A stretch of DNA of 64,000 nucleotides from an uncultured Chthonomonadaceae bacterium (GTDB lineage Bacteria > Armatimonadota > Chthonomonadetes > Chthonomonadales > Chthonomonadaceae): positions 224,001 through 288,000 of the forward strand of contig CAWFQB010000004.1 of assembly GCA_963817895.1 (NCBI GenBank). The letters run 5' to 3'. The notes beneath the pieces were generated by a model. It had not been told where the DNA came from. It was given only the letters and a program-made list of their open reading frames with translations, and did no database searches. A program made the position numbers and the translations under genes. Each line of letters opens with the position of its first letter. Position 1 is the stretch's first letter. Below are positions 6,529-17,422 of this stretch, one piece after another.

Positions 6529-6969
6529 TCAAATAAGTCTCACCACATAGCGCATGAAATACAGAAGGAGCAGCAGTGTCACCGCAGCCAGTAGGGAAGA
6601 TAAAATACCCAGTTTTCGGGAACGAATCCACCCGCTTGTTCCCAGACTGGCAAGCAACGCGACCATTCCCAGCATAAACCCCATTCCCGCCCACCGTACC
6701 GCGCCCATGATCGCTGCCCGTACTTCCAGGGGCAAATCCGTAGCCGAGCGCAGGGCAGGACGATCCACGATGTAGAACACGCCTGTCACGCTGACAACCG
6801 CGCAGACAATCAGGCAGACGGCGGCAACCAGTGCCGCTCCTGCCGTATAATCTACGGATCGGCGGTTTGTCGGGGCGTTCAAAAGGCCAACCAGAAACGT
6901 TACGGCAAACCCTGCCAGCACAGTGCCAAGAAAGGCAAGTTGACGCAACGTTTCAGCGACAGATTCCAT
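6529..6969 (-). CDS. Hypothetical four-TM membrane protein
   Basis: Four hydrophobic segments, ATG start. Confidence 0.7.
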   Translation of the reverse strand: MESVAETLRQLAFLGTVLAGFAVTFLVGLLNAPTNRRSVDYTAGAALVAAVCLIVCAVVSVTGVFYIVDRPALRSATDLPLEVRAAIMGAVRWAGMGFMLGMVALLASLGTSGWIRSRKLGILSSLLAAVTLLLLLYFMRYVVRLI

Positions 6970-7064
6970 AAAAATTCAACTCTCAACAGGGAAAAAGGGT
7001 ACGCCGCACAAATAAAAGCGCGAGTTTCCGTAGCGGGCAGACAGGACAGAACGCGCCTGTTGCT

Positions 7065-8630
7065 TTACGGGCGCAGCGCTGTCTTACCCGAAGTCGCTTG
7101 ATCTGTCCAGGGCGAAAGAACAGACGCGGGTATGATTTCAGAGGGAACGTTTCCGGTTTGACCGGGCTTGAGCCAGCCGACGGAAAGGCTGTCGCCGCCC
7201 ACATCCTGTTTTTGCAGGGCTTCGATGTAGTAACGCTTGCCTGCCTGTAAATGGACAGGGGCGGATTTTTGTTCGGGCAGTTTGTTCCACTCGCGCCGCC
7301 CGGTATAGCCGTCGCCCGTTGTCACACTTGCGATTTTGACCGCGCCGGCAGGTTTGTCGTCCATTCCTAAACGCAACTCGCAGTTGTCGTCGCCCGCAAT
7401 CCAAAAGGTGTAGTCGCCCGTTGTCGGCGGCGTCAGATACCCGCGCAGGCGCGTGCCGTAGTTGATGCCGACACTGGTGGGCGCTTCAAAATCGCGCAGG
7501 TAGGTGACGGAGTGGGGCTTGCTGGCGACGGGAATGTCCGATACCTGCTTGCCGCGTATGTCCGTCCAGACTTCGCGCGTCAGATGGTTGTTGAGCGCTT
7601 TGTCGGTGGCGCGATAGGCGGCGATTTGCGCGGCATTGGCTTTGGACTGGTACACGCGCACATAGTCGCACTGCATCTTCCAGGGCATGGAAGCCTCGTC
7701 AACCTGCCAGGGCTTATACGGCGTTTTGTTGGCGTCCATCTCCTGCGAGTACCACTGCCCACCAACGGCGAGATTGATGAGCAGGTACATCGGACGGTTG
7801 AACGCGGGCGCGGTTTTGCTCTTCGCCCATACCTTGCCGTCGAAAGTGAATACCATGTCTTCCGGCGTCCATTCCAAACCCCACGTATGGAAATCTTTGG
7901 AAATGTCCGCGCCCACTTCGTTGTAGCCGAACTTCCACGGGATTTCCTCGCCCTCGCGGGGTAGGATGCCCGCGCTGTGCTTGGTGGGGCGATGGCCGAA
8001 GAATTCAAACAAGTCCACTTCCGGCGGCCACTGATGCGCTTCATCTTCGGTGGCTTTGGTCGGATCGTCGCCCAACAGCCAGAACGCGGGCCACGCGCCG
8101 CGAACTCCGGGCAATTTGAATCGCCCCTCCACATAGCCATACTGAAACGTGAACCGCTTGTCGGAGATCAGCAGGCCGGAAGAAAAGGGCCGCTGTTCGC
8201 CCATATAAAACTTGCGCCACAATTCTTCGGGCGTTTTCCACGCTTTAATGGTCAAAATTCCGGGCGTTTCAAACGAAAAGGGATTGAGGCTGCCATTGGC
8301 TTCGGGATGAATGTTGCCCTCGCCGTTGTAGTCCTTATCCACGTAATACTGCGCCTCGACGTTGCTGAACAGCGACCGTTGACTCGAACCCTGCCAGAAC
8401 GTCGTCTGCCATTTGGAACGGTCAATGTACGGCTTGCCGTCCTTATCGGGAACCGCGTCGAATTCATCATGCCATACAAGGGAAAGCGGGTGTCCGAGGG
8501 GCGAAGTGATGGTTTGGGGAACAGAGGCAGTTGCGGCTTTGTCTGCTTTCGGCGGGGCGGCACACGCGCAGGATACGCTCAGAACAATCGCGCTCAGGGC
8601 GCACAAAGCCGATACGAATGTGTTTCTCAT
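7065..8630 (-). CDS. Secreted GH16 glycoside hydrolase with C-terminal PA14 domain
   Basis: Signal peptide; WPAFW and EVDLFE (ExDxxE) motifs; PA14 'GYLTPPTTGDYTFWIAGDD'. Confidence 0.9.
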   Translation of the reverse strand: MRNTFVSALCALSAIVLSVSCACAAPPKADKAATASVPQTITSPLGHPLSLVWHDEFDAVPDKDGKPYIDRSKWQTTFWQGSSQRSLFSNVEAQYYVDKDYNGEGNIHPEANGSLNPFSFETPGILTIKAWKTPEELWRKFYMGEQRPFSSGLLISDKRFTFQYGYVEGRFKLPGVRGAWPAFWLLGDDPTKATEDEAHQWPPEVDLFEFFGHRPTKHSAGILPREGEEIPWKFGYNEVGADISKDFHTWGLEWTPEDMVFTFDGKVWAKSKTAPAFNRPMYLLINLAVGGQWYSQEMDANKTPYKPWQVDEASMPWKMQCDYVRVYQSKANAAQIAAYRATDKALNNHLTREVWTDIRGKQVSDIPVASKPHSVTYLRDFEAPTSVGINYGTRLRGYLTPPTTGDYTFWIAGDDNCELRLGMDDKPAGAVKIASVTTGDGYTGRREWNKLPEQKSAPVHLQAGKRYYIEALQKQDVGGDSLSVGWLKPGQTGNVPSEIIPASVLSPWTDQATSGKTALRP

Positions 8631-8645
8631 ACGAATACTGGTTCC

Positions 8646-9302
8646 TTATGTATCGCGGGAAAGAAACGTGAAAAAGTGCACGTTGCGCCGCAAAGGTTCC
8701 GGGGTACGGACCATTCTGGCGACGCCGACACCATAGTTTTCGGGCGGGCCGTCAAACGCGATTTCGTCAAACCCCGCAAGCCCCACCCACTGCCGAACAT
8801 CGTTGCGCAAATCGGGGCCGGAACGGAACGCGCCCCGCGTCCAGATCACCGTCGCGCCGGACGTGCACAGCATCGGCCACGCATGGATGGTATTCAGAAT
8901 ATCCTCATCGCTCACATTGCCGAACACGCCGCAGCACAGCAGCAGATTGGCGGGAACCGCGCCCGCATATGCATCGCTCAACCCGGCGTCACGGCAGGCA
9001 ATCTCGATACCCGGAGGCGCGTCTGCCCGCGCCCGTTCCGCCAATATCGAATCCAACTCCACCAACCGCCCCGAAACATCCCCGGCGCGAGGATGATTTT
9101 GCAGGACGCCAAGCAAATCCCGCCCATCCCCCGCGCACATACTCACGACACGAACAGGGCCGGGAGGACGCTGATCCAACGCCTCACCAATTCGCTGCCG
9201 AACCACGGCCAGCCGTCGAGACAGCGAGGAGTCCGGACTCTGGTAGTTCTCATGCCATTGCTGCCAGTACGTCAACTCTGCCCTGTTCTCCTGCAATCCC
9301 AT
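8646..9302 (-). CDS. Class I SAM-dependent methyltransferase-like protein
   Basis: VVSMCAGDGRD motif I-like segment, LVELD motif. Confidence 0.7.
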   Translation of the reverse strand: MGLQENRAELTYWQQWHENYQSPDSSLSRRLAVVRQRIGEALDQRPPGPVRVVSMCAGDGRDLLGVLQNHPRAGDVSGRLVELDSILAERARADAPPGIEIACRDAGLSDAYAGAVPANLLLCCGVFGNVSDEDILNTIHAWPMLCTSGATVIWTRGAFRSGPDLRNDVRQWVGLAGFDEIAFDGPPENYGVGVARMVRTPEPLRRNVHFFTFLSRDT

Positions 9303-9354
9303 AATTCACCTTGATTGAAAATCATCGTTGATGCTCAGAGGCTAAAGCGTGGGC

Positions 9355-9555
9355 CTAATCTTCCATACCCTCTTCTGCCATTTGCCGGTCTTCTTCGGCA
9401 AACTCCGCATACAGCGCAGCCAGTTGCGCATCTTCCAGCAGGGATATTTTAGGCCGCGACTGAAACCGCAGAAAGGCCAGATAATCAGCGACCTGCTGCA
9501 ATTTCGTGTCATCCAAACAGTCAATTTCTTGCGCGACACGCTCTTTCAGGGACAT
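9355..9555 (-). CDS. Small antitoxin-like protein (DUF2281-like)
   Basis: 'LQQVADYLAFLRF' and acidic 'YAEFAEEDRQMAEEGM' patterns. Confidence 0.55.
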   Translation of the reverse strand: MSLKERVAQEIDCLDDTKLQQVADYLAFLRFQSRPKISLLEDAQLAALYAEFAEEDRQMAEEGMED

Positions 9556-9647
9556 GCGAATACCTCCATTGACATGCTTCATAAACCCATGTATCTAATT
9601 TGATGCCCACAAACTTGATGCTTTAGAGATTCCAGTAAGTGCCGATC

Positions 9648-9893
9648 TCATACACCCTCAAAATCCGCAAGGGTCGGGTCCGGCAAAGGCGCGTCAAAAT
9701 CATCAGGAACCGCAAATTCACTGGCACAAAGACCAAACGGGCGCAACGCCTTTTCGGAAGACGGTTCCGAAATAAGTTTGAGTTCTGCTACCGGGTGATT
9801 ATCCTGAACAATCAGCACGGTTTCCCCTGCATGAAGGCGTTGCAGATAGCCGGGAAGGTCATGGGAAATAACGTTGAGGTCAATGGTTATCAT
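9648..9893 (-). CDS. Phd/YefM-family antitoxin
   Basis: 'LPGYLQRLHAGETVLI...PVAEL...RPFGL...VPDDFDAPLP'. Confidence 0.8.
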   Translation of the reverse strand: MITIDLNVISHDLPGYLQRLHAGETVLIVQDNHPVAELKLISEPSSEKALRPFGLCASEFAVPDDFDAPLPDPTLADFEGV

Positions 9894-10010
9894 ATTTACT
9901 GTACCTTCAAAAGTGCCAGCATGGTTTCGGTGAGAACGCGAGGATGCTCAACGTGCGGAACGCCTTAATTGTTAAAACTACAATTCTTGTGCTGAATTGT
10001 AGTTGCGCAT

Positions 10011-10496
10011 CTACATAGCGGCAATAATACGAGATTTTATGAGTTCTTTCTTTCGATAATCCATCATTTCCTCGGTAACTTCAAGCGCATAGTTCAGGTT
10101 TCCTCTACTAATAGCAATATCCACTATCTGTTCTAATTGGGACTGCTTCATTCTGTAATCCATCATAGTTCTGATAACGACTAATTTCGTCTCTAAATCT
10201 TGCATGTCGGGATTGACTTGCCTAGAGCCTAAGCGTCCATGTACATCTGGAACGGGTATACCGCCTAAGTATATTGTTTTCGCATGAGAATACAGTTGAG
10301 TATCCGTGCGGGGAATGACTTGTGGTAGGAGGTCATCCGAAGGTTTCTCAGTACTGTTACTGCGTTTCTTCTTGGTTGTAAGAAGAGTGACATAGATGCC
10401 GAAGCATGGAATCAATACTGCTCCGATGATCCATTTTATAGTTTCAACTTCCAACTTGGCCTCCTTCTGGTAACATCCGAGTGGTGTATCGCTCAC
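10011..10496 (-). CDS. Hypothetical AT-rich protein with N-terminal TM helix
   Basis: Open 161-aa frame, visibly lower GC than flanks. Confidence 0.55.
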   Translation of the reverse strand: MSDTPLGCYQKEAKLEVETIKWIIGAVLIPCFGIYVTLLTTKKKRSNSTEKPSDDLLPQVIPRTDTQLYSHAKTIYLGGIPVPDVHGRLGSRQVNPDMQDLETKLVVIRTMMDYRMKQSQLEQIVDIAISRGNLNYALEVTEEMMDYRKKELIKSRIIAAM

Positions 10497-10710
10497 AACA
10501 TAAAGCGGAGTATGTGGATGTGCACTGTTAGAACATTATAACAAGTCGAATACAAGGTGTCAATAGCGTCTTACGGAGAATTCAGCGTCTTCAACCATTC
10601 ATTTATAGCAGATCGCCTCAACACCATCTGGAGTAAGATCAGTAGATCACATTTTATAGATAAGCAGTCCAACTGTTGCGTGAAGCAACAGTTGGACTGC
10701 GTTGTTGGTT

Positions 10711-13510
10711 TTACTGGCCGCCGGCAGTGGAGGGCTGCTTTTTGGTTTTTTGGGCGAGGGTGGGGGAGGAGGAGGATTCGCCCAATCGCTGCATGTAGAG
10801 TTCGTACAGGCGCGTGTGCTTGCTTTCCAGCAGGATGGGCTTGCCCGCAATGAACAGGTTGTGGACGCAGGTTGTCACTTCCAGCGGGTCGCCGTCCGTG
10901 ACGATGATGTTTGCCAGTTTGCCCGCGTCCAGACTGCCCATGCTGTCCGCAACGCCCAGCGTTTCCGCCGCGTCGAGCGTCAGAGCGCGAAGAGCGGCCT
11001 GTTTGGGCAGGCCATACGCGCACATGATGCCTACCTGACGCGGCAGGTTTTTGGCTTCGGCGGCGCTCAGGGTTTCAAACGACAGCTTTACGCCCGCCCG
11101 CTGCAAGACAGCGGGGGCCGTCCACGGGGTATCCGTCGGGTCGTAGTCGTTGGCGGGCGGCATGTCGTTGATGCTGTTGTTGATGGGGATGTTGTAGATG
11201 TAAGGCACTTTCTTCTTTGCCAGCAGGTCGGCCACTTTCCACACGTCCGGGCCGCCCGAAAGGATGATTTTCAGGCCCAGATCGTCCGCGAACTGAATCG
11301 CCCGTTTCGCGCCCGTCGCCGTGGAAACCGTGAAGATGATCGGCGCTTTGCCCGTCACATACGGCGTCATGGCTTCGAGAGAGGGTTCCAGCAGGGTGCC
11401 GGTCGGGTTTGCTTTGCGGGCATTCGCGTACAGTTTGGCATGCTCGAAGTAGTCGCGCAATAGGCGGGCGCGGGCGGTATCGCGCTGTGATACCTGCTGA
11501 AGCAGCTCGGGCGTCAGGAACGCGGCGAACCGTCCGCCGCGCTGCGATTCGGGAAAGTTCACCTGCAAGAGCAACCGGACTCTTGACGCGCATCAGTTCG
11601 GGCGTCCAACCGGCAAGGTCAATGATGCCGATCTGCCCCGATACCGTGCCGCCCGAAGGCCGCACCGCCGCGCTCGTAATGCCGTTGCCCCGCGCAATGG
11701 CAAGCATCTCGCTGCCGGGATTGACCGCTGTTGCCGCCAGCAGGTCGGGCTGAAACTCGCCGCTCTCGGACGTGTCAATGGTCGCCCGGATGCTTTCAAT
11801 CTCCTGCAAGCCCACTTCGGAACCCGCATCTATCAGGCCGGGGTAAACGTGCATCCCTTTGGCGTGAAGCACATACGCGCCGGAGGGAATCGCCACGTTT
11901 TTGCCCACCGCTTTGATTTTGCCGTCTTCAATGACAACCGTGCCGCCGACAATATCTGCCGAAGAAACGGGATGCACGGTCGCGCCCACAATGGCATACG
12001 CGCGGCGAACGGGCGGCACGAGCGGCACGGTCGGTTCCGCGACATGCGTATCCAGAACCTGCGTCGCGCTGGCCTGCTTGTCCACGCCGAACGGGTCTTT
12101 GCGCTGATAAAATACGTCGCCCTCCACAAGCGTCATGCGCGGTTTGGAGAACACGCTCAGGGGGTGTCCATCCCAGATCGTGATGTCGCCGTCCTTGCCC
12201 ACATCCAGACTGCCCGCCCGTTTGTCAATCCCCAATTGCATCGCGGGGTTGATGGTGACGAGGCGCAGGGCTTCGTTTTCGTTCAGGCCGCCGTACTTCA
12301 TGCTGTTGGCGGCTTCGATGTTGAGCCGGTACGTGCCTGCCGTGTTGTCGGAATTGACGCTGGTAACAATCCCCGCCCGGGTACACAGCGCGGCGTTGTA
12401 GGGAATGGCGTCGAACGCCTCCTCCTTATAGGCCCACGCATCCGCGAATGTGGATACCTGAACGCCCGCAGCCGCTATCTCCGGCGCGATTTTATACGCT
12501 TCCAAACCGTGCTGAAAGACCAGTTTGAAATGGTACTCCTGACTTAATCGCACCATCATCAGCATCTCATCGGCGCGGTAGGAGTGGCACTGCACCCATA
12601 TTTTGCCGTTGAGAATGTCGGCAAGGGTTTCCAACCGCAGGTCACGGCGGGGCGGAAGGGCGTTGGGATTGCCGCTCTTTCCCGCGTTGTATTTGTCCCA
12701 TAGCCCGTTGTACTTGCGGGCTTCGGCAAAGGCGCGGCGATAGACCGCTTCCACGCCCATGCGCGTGCCGGGAAAGCGCGACGGCCCCTGATTGAATCCG
12801 CCGCCGTTCGACTGCTTCACGTTTTCCCCAAGCGCGAACTTGATCATGCGGGGCGCGTCCGGCACAATCAGCTCCTCGACAGGCCGCTTGTACTTCATCT
12901 TCACGACCACGCTTTGCCCGCCGATGGGGTTCGCGCTGCCGTGCAGGAGGAGCGAACTCGTGACGCCATTGGACAGGCCGCGATAAATTGACAGGCTTTG
13001 CGGATTAATAACATCGTGCATTCGCACTTCGGCGGTAATGGCGTCGCTGCCCTCATTGACCGAATCCAGCGCGATATGCGAGTGCGCGTCAATCAGTCCC
13101 GGCGACACGAATTTACCGGTCGCGTCAATGGTGACGACACCGGCAGGCGCGGTTAAATTCTTGCCGATGGCCGCGATCTTGCCGTTCTGAATCAGAACAT
13201 CCGTAGCAGGCAAAATGCCATGCGTGACCGTGAGCAGTGTTCCGTTTTTAATCAGGCAGTTGCCTTTGGTGACGGTGGCAGGCGTTCGGTCCGAGTCCAG
13301 TTCCAGAATCGTCTGCGTACTGGCGGGCAAGGCAGGGGGCAGGGGTTGAGGGTTGAGGGTGGCATTGCCCTGTGGCCGAGTCGCCTGCGTTCCGGGCGTT
13401 CCGACGGGCCGTGTTCGCGGAACCTGATTGGTGGTTTGCGGCGTTTGCGCGCCGACCTGCGCGGTTAAAAGGGCGCATCCGAGCGGCAGTGTCCAGCGTG
13501 AGTTTTTCAC
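10711..13510 (-). CDS. Secreted double-domain amidohydrolase-family protein (one frameshift near 11570)
   Basis: PGLIDAHSH, SVNSD and GSLDVGKDGD motifs; second domain continues in ORF 10711..11574. Confidence 0.85.
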
Positions 13511-13568
13511 TCATCGTTCCTTTCTGAAAACCAATGCAGCAAAAATGGAAAAGAGAATACAAGAAGAA

Positions 13569-13722
13569 TTAGCCGCGAATGAACGCGAATGAACGCGAAT
13601 ATGCAGAGAGGAGGTGAGGCGGATTCTCATCATGGCTCTGTTACCCTCTGTGACCCCTCGGTGTCTCTGTGCCTCTGTGGTGAAATCCCATTCGCGTTTA
13701 TTCGCGTTCATTCGCGGCTAAA
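13569..13722. repeat. Inverted nonamer arrays (CGCGAATGA)n...(TCATTCGCG)n enclosing a CTCTGTG repeat
   Basis: Read directly; half-copies at ~48232-48265 and ~62662-62696. Confidence 0.8.
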
Positions 13723-13730
13723 TTCTCCTC

Positions 13731-15573
13731 CTAGTCGCCGTCATCGTCATCGGCGGGGCGGCGGCGCTGCGGCAGGGCGGGCAGCGGGCCTAAATCCCGA
13801 TCCGGCTCGAACTTGTTCTTGTCTATGAACAGGTAACGGACGCGGGTTGTCGGCTGAACAAAATCGCCCGACATAACCACTAAGGCCGCCACTTTGCCCG
13901 CTTCAACCGTACCCATCTGCTTGTCCACGCCCATCAAACGCGCGGCGTCAATGGTCAGGGCGCGAAGCGCGGCGTCGCGGGGCAATCCCGCGGTAATGGC
14001 GCGGCGCAGGTTGGTCAGGAACTCGGCCTGACTGCGGTTGCCTCGCGTGGTGAAGGCGATGGGAACGCCCGCTTTGCTCAACATGCCCGCGTTCGCGACT
14101 TTCTCTTCCCATTTGAGATGCCGCTCTTTCAGCACGGGCGCAGGAAGGGCGGTATCTTCGGCGTCCGTGTTGCTGGTGTTGACGGTGCTGTTCGGGCGGC
14201 GCGTTGGGGTCAACGGGTTTGTTGGCCTGATTGGGGTTGGCGTTGGGCGGAACGGCATCCTCTTTGTCGGGCTTGGGCGGAACGGGCTTGCCCTGATCCT
14301 GTCCGGGCTTTTCGTTGGTGGCCGGTTTGTTGGCGTCCGTTTGCGCGGGCGCGGCGGGATTGGGAACCGCTGCGGGCTGGACGGCGGGCGGATCGGAGGG
14401 GGGCGGAACAGTTGTCGGAGGGTTCGCGGGGGGATTGGTTCCGGGCGCGCCGGGAACGCCGGGCGCGCCACCGGGCTGGCGATTGCCTCTTCCCTGCCGG
14501 TTGCCCAAACCGCCGGGACGTCCGCCCACGCCGCCACCGCTGCCGGGGAAACCGCCGCCCTGACCGGCGGGAGCCGTCACGCCGGGTTCCTGCCCGAAAT
14601 TAAGGCTGACGATTACGGGGATTTTGCGCTGCGACAAGACGGGCAGGGCTTTATAGGCTTCGGTTCCGCCGCTGACCATCAGCTTCAGGCCGAACTCATC
14701 CGACATGCGAATGGCGCGCCGAATCTCGTTTTCGCTGTCGGCATCGAACAGGACGGGCATCGCGCCGCTCAAAACCGGCTGAAGCGCGGCCAGCGACGCA
14801 TCGGCGGGCGGGCGGTGGCTGCCGCCATGCGCGAACGAGGTTTGCGCCATCTGAAAATACTGCGCGTCCAGCAGGGTTTGCCGCGTCAGGGCTTGAATCC
14901 CCATCAGGCTGCCGGGGTAGCCGCTTCCACTGGTGGTAAACGTGAAATTCATCGCCACATCGGGCCGCACGATGCTGTCCCGGCGCGGCATCCCCGTCAG
15001 GTTGACCAGCGTTCCGATGCCGTTCATGGTTCCGCCCGTCGGCATCACCAGTTCCGTTGTAAATCCACTGGCGCGGGCCGGAGTGAGCAGGTCGTCCGTC
15101 AGCGTCAGGTAGTCCCCGGCGCGGAGTTCGGGCCGGATACCCTTGCGGTTGGCTTCCCGCATGAACGGGGGAGCGCCCGCGCTGATGTCGGGCGCGACAT
15201 CCTGAATTGGCTGCGCGTCGGGCGGCGTGACGCCTCGGATGGAATGGGCGTCAATGAAGCCGGGGTACACGGTCAGGCCGTCGCCCTTGATAATTTCGGC
15301 TTCCGGCGGAACTTTCACGTCCACGCCCACAGCCTCAATCATGCCGTCGCGGACAAGCACGGTTCCCTTTTCGATCACTTTGCCGTTGCCGACTTCGATA
15401 CGCGCCCCGACAACCGCGTACACGCTGTTGACCGAAGAGAACGGCGTCTGCGCGTGTACCGCAGGCAGTGAAAAGCCTGACAGCAGGCAGGCAAGCCCCG
15501 GCAATAGTAGAATGTGTCTGCGCAATGGATGGTTCCTCCCGAAGCGTGGTAAATACTCTGCAACGCTTCCCAT
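13731..15573 (-). CDS. Secreted amidohydrolase-like protein with long Pro/Gly-rich insertion (frameshift near 14195)
   Basis: VYPGFIDAH motif; C-terminal 'ALRALTIDAA...GTVEAGKVA' lies in the ORF 13731..14537 frame. Confidence 0.8.
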
Positions 15574-15999
15574 GCGAACAAGGCCAAACGGTTACAGGCT
15601 CAATTGAAGAACAGGTTGAGAATGAAGAACGCGGCAAACAGCATACGATTGCCGCAAAATGTCTCTGGAAGAACGGGTAAATCGCTGACAATTCTGATAG
15701 GAGCGTATCAGCGGATACTTCCGAACAGCAGTGTTGGGGAAGGTTGGATGAGTGCGGGGAACTCCGGCGCGAATTTGCGCGTCGAAATTCGGGCCACAAT
15801 TAACGTCAGATTAAGAATAGCGCAAACGGGCTTGCCTTGTCAATGCGTTGTCTTGAACCATAAATTTTCGTGATTTCAGGATTAGCATGATTGAGAAGGC
15901 GCGTTCCTCATGGGTATCCAATAATCATAAAATCATGGTTCGAGACAAAAAGCAGTGAGAGTAAAAGGATTCGGAACGAAGATTGCTAAATAAGGACTT

Positions 16000-17328
16000 A
16001 TGAACATAGTCTTTATCGTGATTGACACTTTGCGGGCCAGCCGACTGGGATGTTACGGGTATCCGCTTCCCACCAGTCCGGCCATAGACGCGCTGGCCGA
16101 ACAGGGGGCGCGGTTCGAGCGGTGCTTTGCGCCCGGTATCCCCACAACGCCCGCGCATACAACGATGTATACCGGTCTGCATCCCCTTTCGCACAACATC
16201 GTGTGTCACGGCGGGCAGGCGGATTTAGACCGCAAAATCCCCGTTCTGCCGGAACTGCTGCAAAACACCGGGTATACGACCTGCGCTGTGGATAATCTTT
16301 ACGATATCAAAGCGTGGCTGGCGCGGGGCTACGAGTTTTACATCAACCCCTCGTTTCGGCATAAACTGCGCCTGCTTGTGTCCTGTGACGAAATCAACGC
16401 CCGCGCCATTCCGTGGATCAAAGACCATGCGCGGGAACAGTTCTTTCTGTTTCTGCACTACTGGGAACCGCATACACCCTATACGCCTCCCAAACGCTAC
16501 CAGAATTTCTACCCCTCCGAACGCGACCCCTACTCGCCCGAATTCAGCAGTTTCGAGGCCGTGAAGCAGCAGCCGATTTACGGCATGTTCGGCGATTTAT
16601 GGTTCCACAAGTTGGGGCCGATTACGGATGCCGATTACGTGGCGTCGCTGTATGACGCGGAAATCCGGCGCGTGGACGATGGCATAGCCGAGATTTTGCG
16701 AACGCTGGACGAGACGGGATTGAGCGAGGATACGCTTGTCGTTCTGACCGGCGATCACGGCGAAAGCCTGACCGAACACGACATTTATTTCGAGCATCAC
16801 GGTTTATACGACGAAACCATTCACGTCCCCCTGATGATGCGCTGTCCGGGCAAAATCGCGCCGAACACATCTGTCAAGCCGATGGTACAGCATCTTGACC
16901 TTGCGCCGACCCTGCTGGACGCCTGCGGCGTTGCCGTTCCCGACAAAATGGAGGGGCGCAGTTTGTGGGCGAGGGCGACTGGTAAGGAGGAAACAGGAGG
17001 GTGGGAACAGGTCATTTGCTGTGAAAGCACATGGCAAAGCAAGTGGTGTCTGCGTACCGATGAGGTCAAGTTCATCCTGTCCCGGCAGCCCGATCATCAC
17101 GGACAGCCGATGCGCGAACTCTATGACCTGACAACCGACCCGGCAGAAAACCACAACCTTGCCGACACGCGCCCCGAACAAGCCGCGCAACTGGAAGCGG
17201 AATTGGAAGTGTGGATCGCGGCCAGTCTTGCGCGGACGGGCAAAACGGAAGACCCCTTGATTACGCAGGGCGTCACGCTTGGCAAGCGCTGGGAAGAATG
17301 GGTAAAAAAAGGCGGCAGCAAATCCTGA
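16000..17328 (+). CDS. Sulfatase-like hydrolase (alkaline phosphatase superfamily)
   Basis: NIVFIVIDTLRA, HYWEPH, GDHGE, ELYDLTTDPAE motifs. Confidence 0.88.
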   Translation: MNIVFIVIDTLRASRLGCYGYPLPTSPAIDALAEQGARFERCFAPGIPTTPAHTTMYTGLHPLSHNIVCHGGQADLDRKIPVLPELLQNTGYTTCAVDNLYDIKAWLARGYEFYINPSFRHKLRLLVSCDEINARAIPWIKDHAREQFFLFLHYWEPHTPYTPPKRYQNFYPSERDPYSPEFSSFEAVKQQPIYGMFGDLWFHKLGPITDADYVASLYDAEIRRVDDGIAEILRTLDETGLSEDTLVVLTGDHGESLTEHDIYFEHHGLYDETIHVPLMMRCPGKIAPNTSVKPMVQHLDLAPTLLDACGVAVPDKMEGRSLWARATGKEETGGWEQVICCESTWQSKWCLRTDEVKFILSRQPDHHGQPMRELYDLTTDPAENHNLADTRPEQAAQLEAELEVWIAASLARTGKTEDPLITQGVTLGKRWEEWVKKGGSKS

Positions 17329-17422
17329 GTACCACTTTGGAATTATATGCCGCTCTACAGTGTATAATACATGCGGCTCGCAGGAGCCGATAAATTTTGT
17401 TCGTAGAAAGAAACCCTAACAC

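Noticed and set aside
7977..9314. Long antisense ORFs (also 14038-15471, 56039-58516)
   Set aside because: Shadow ORFs opposite well-supported genes in high-GC DNA
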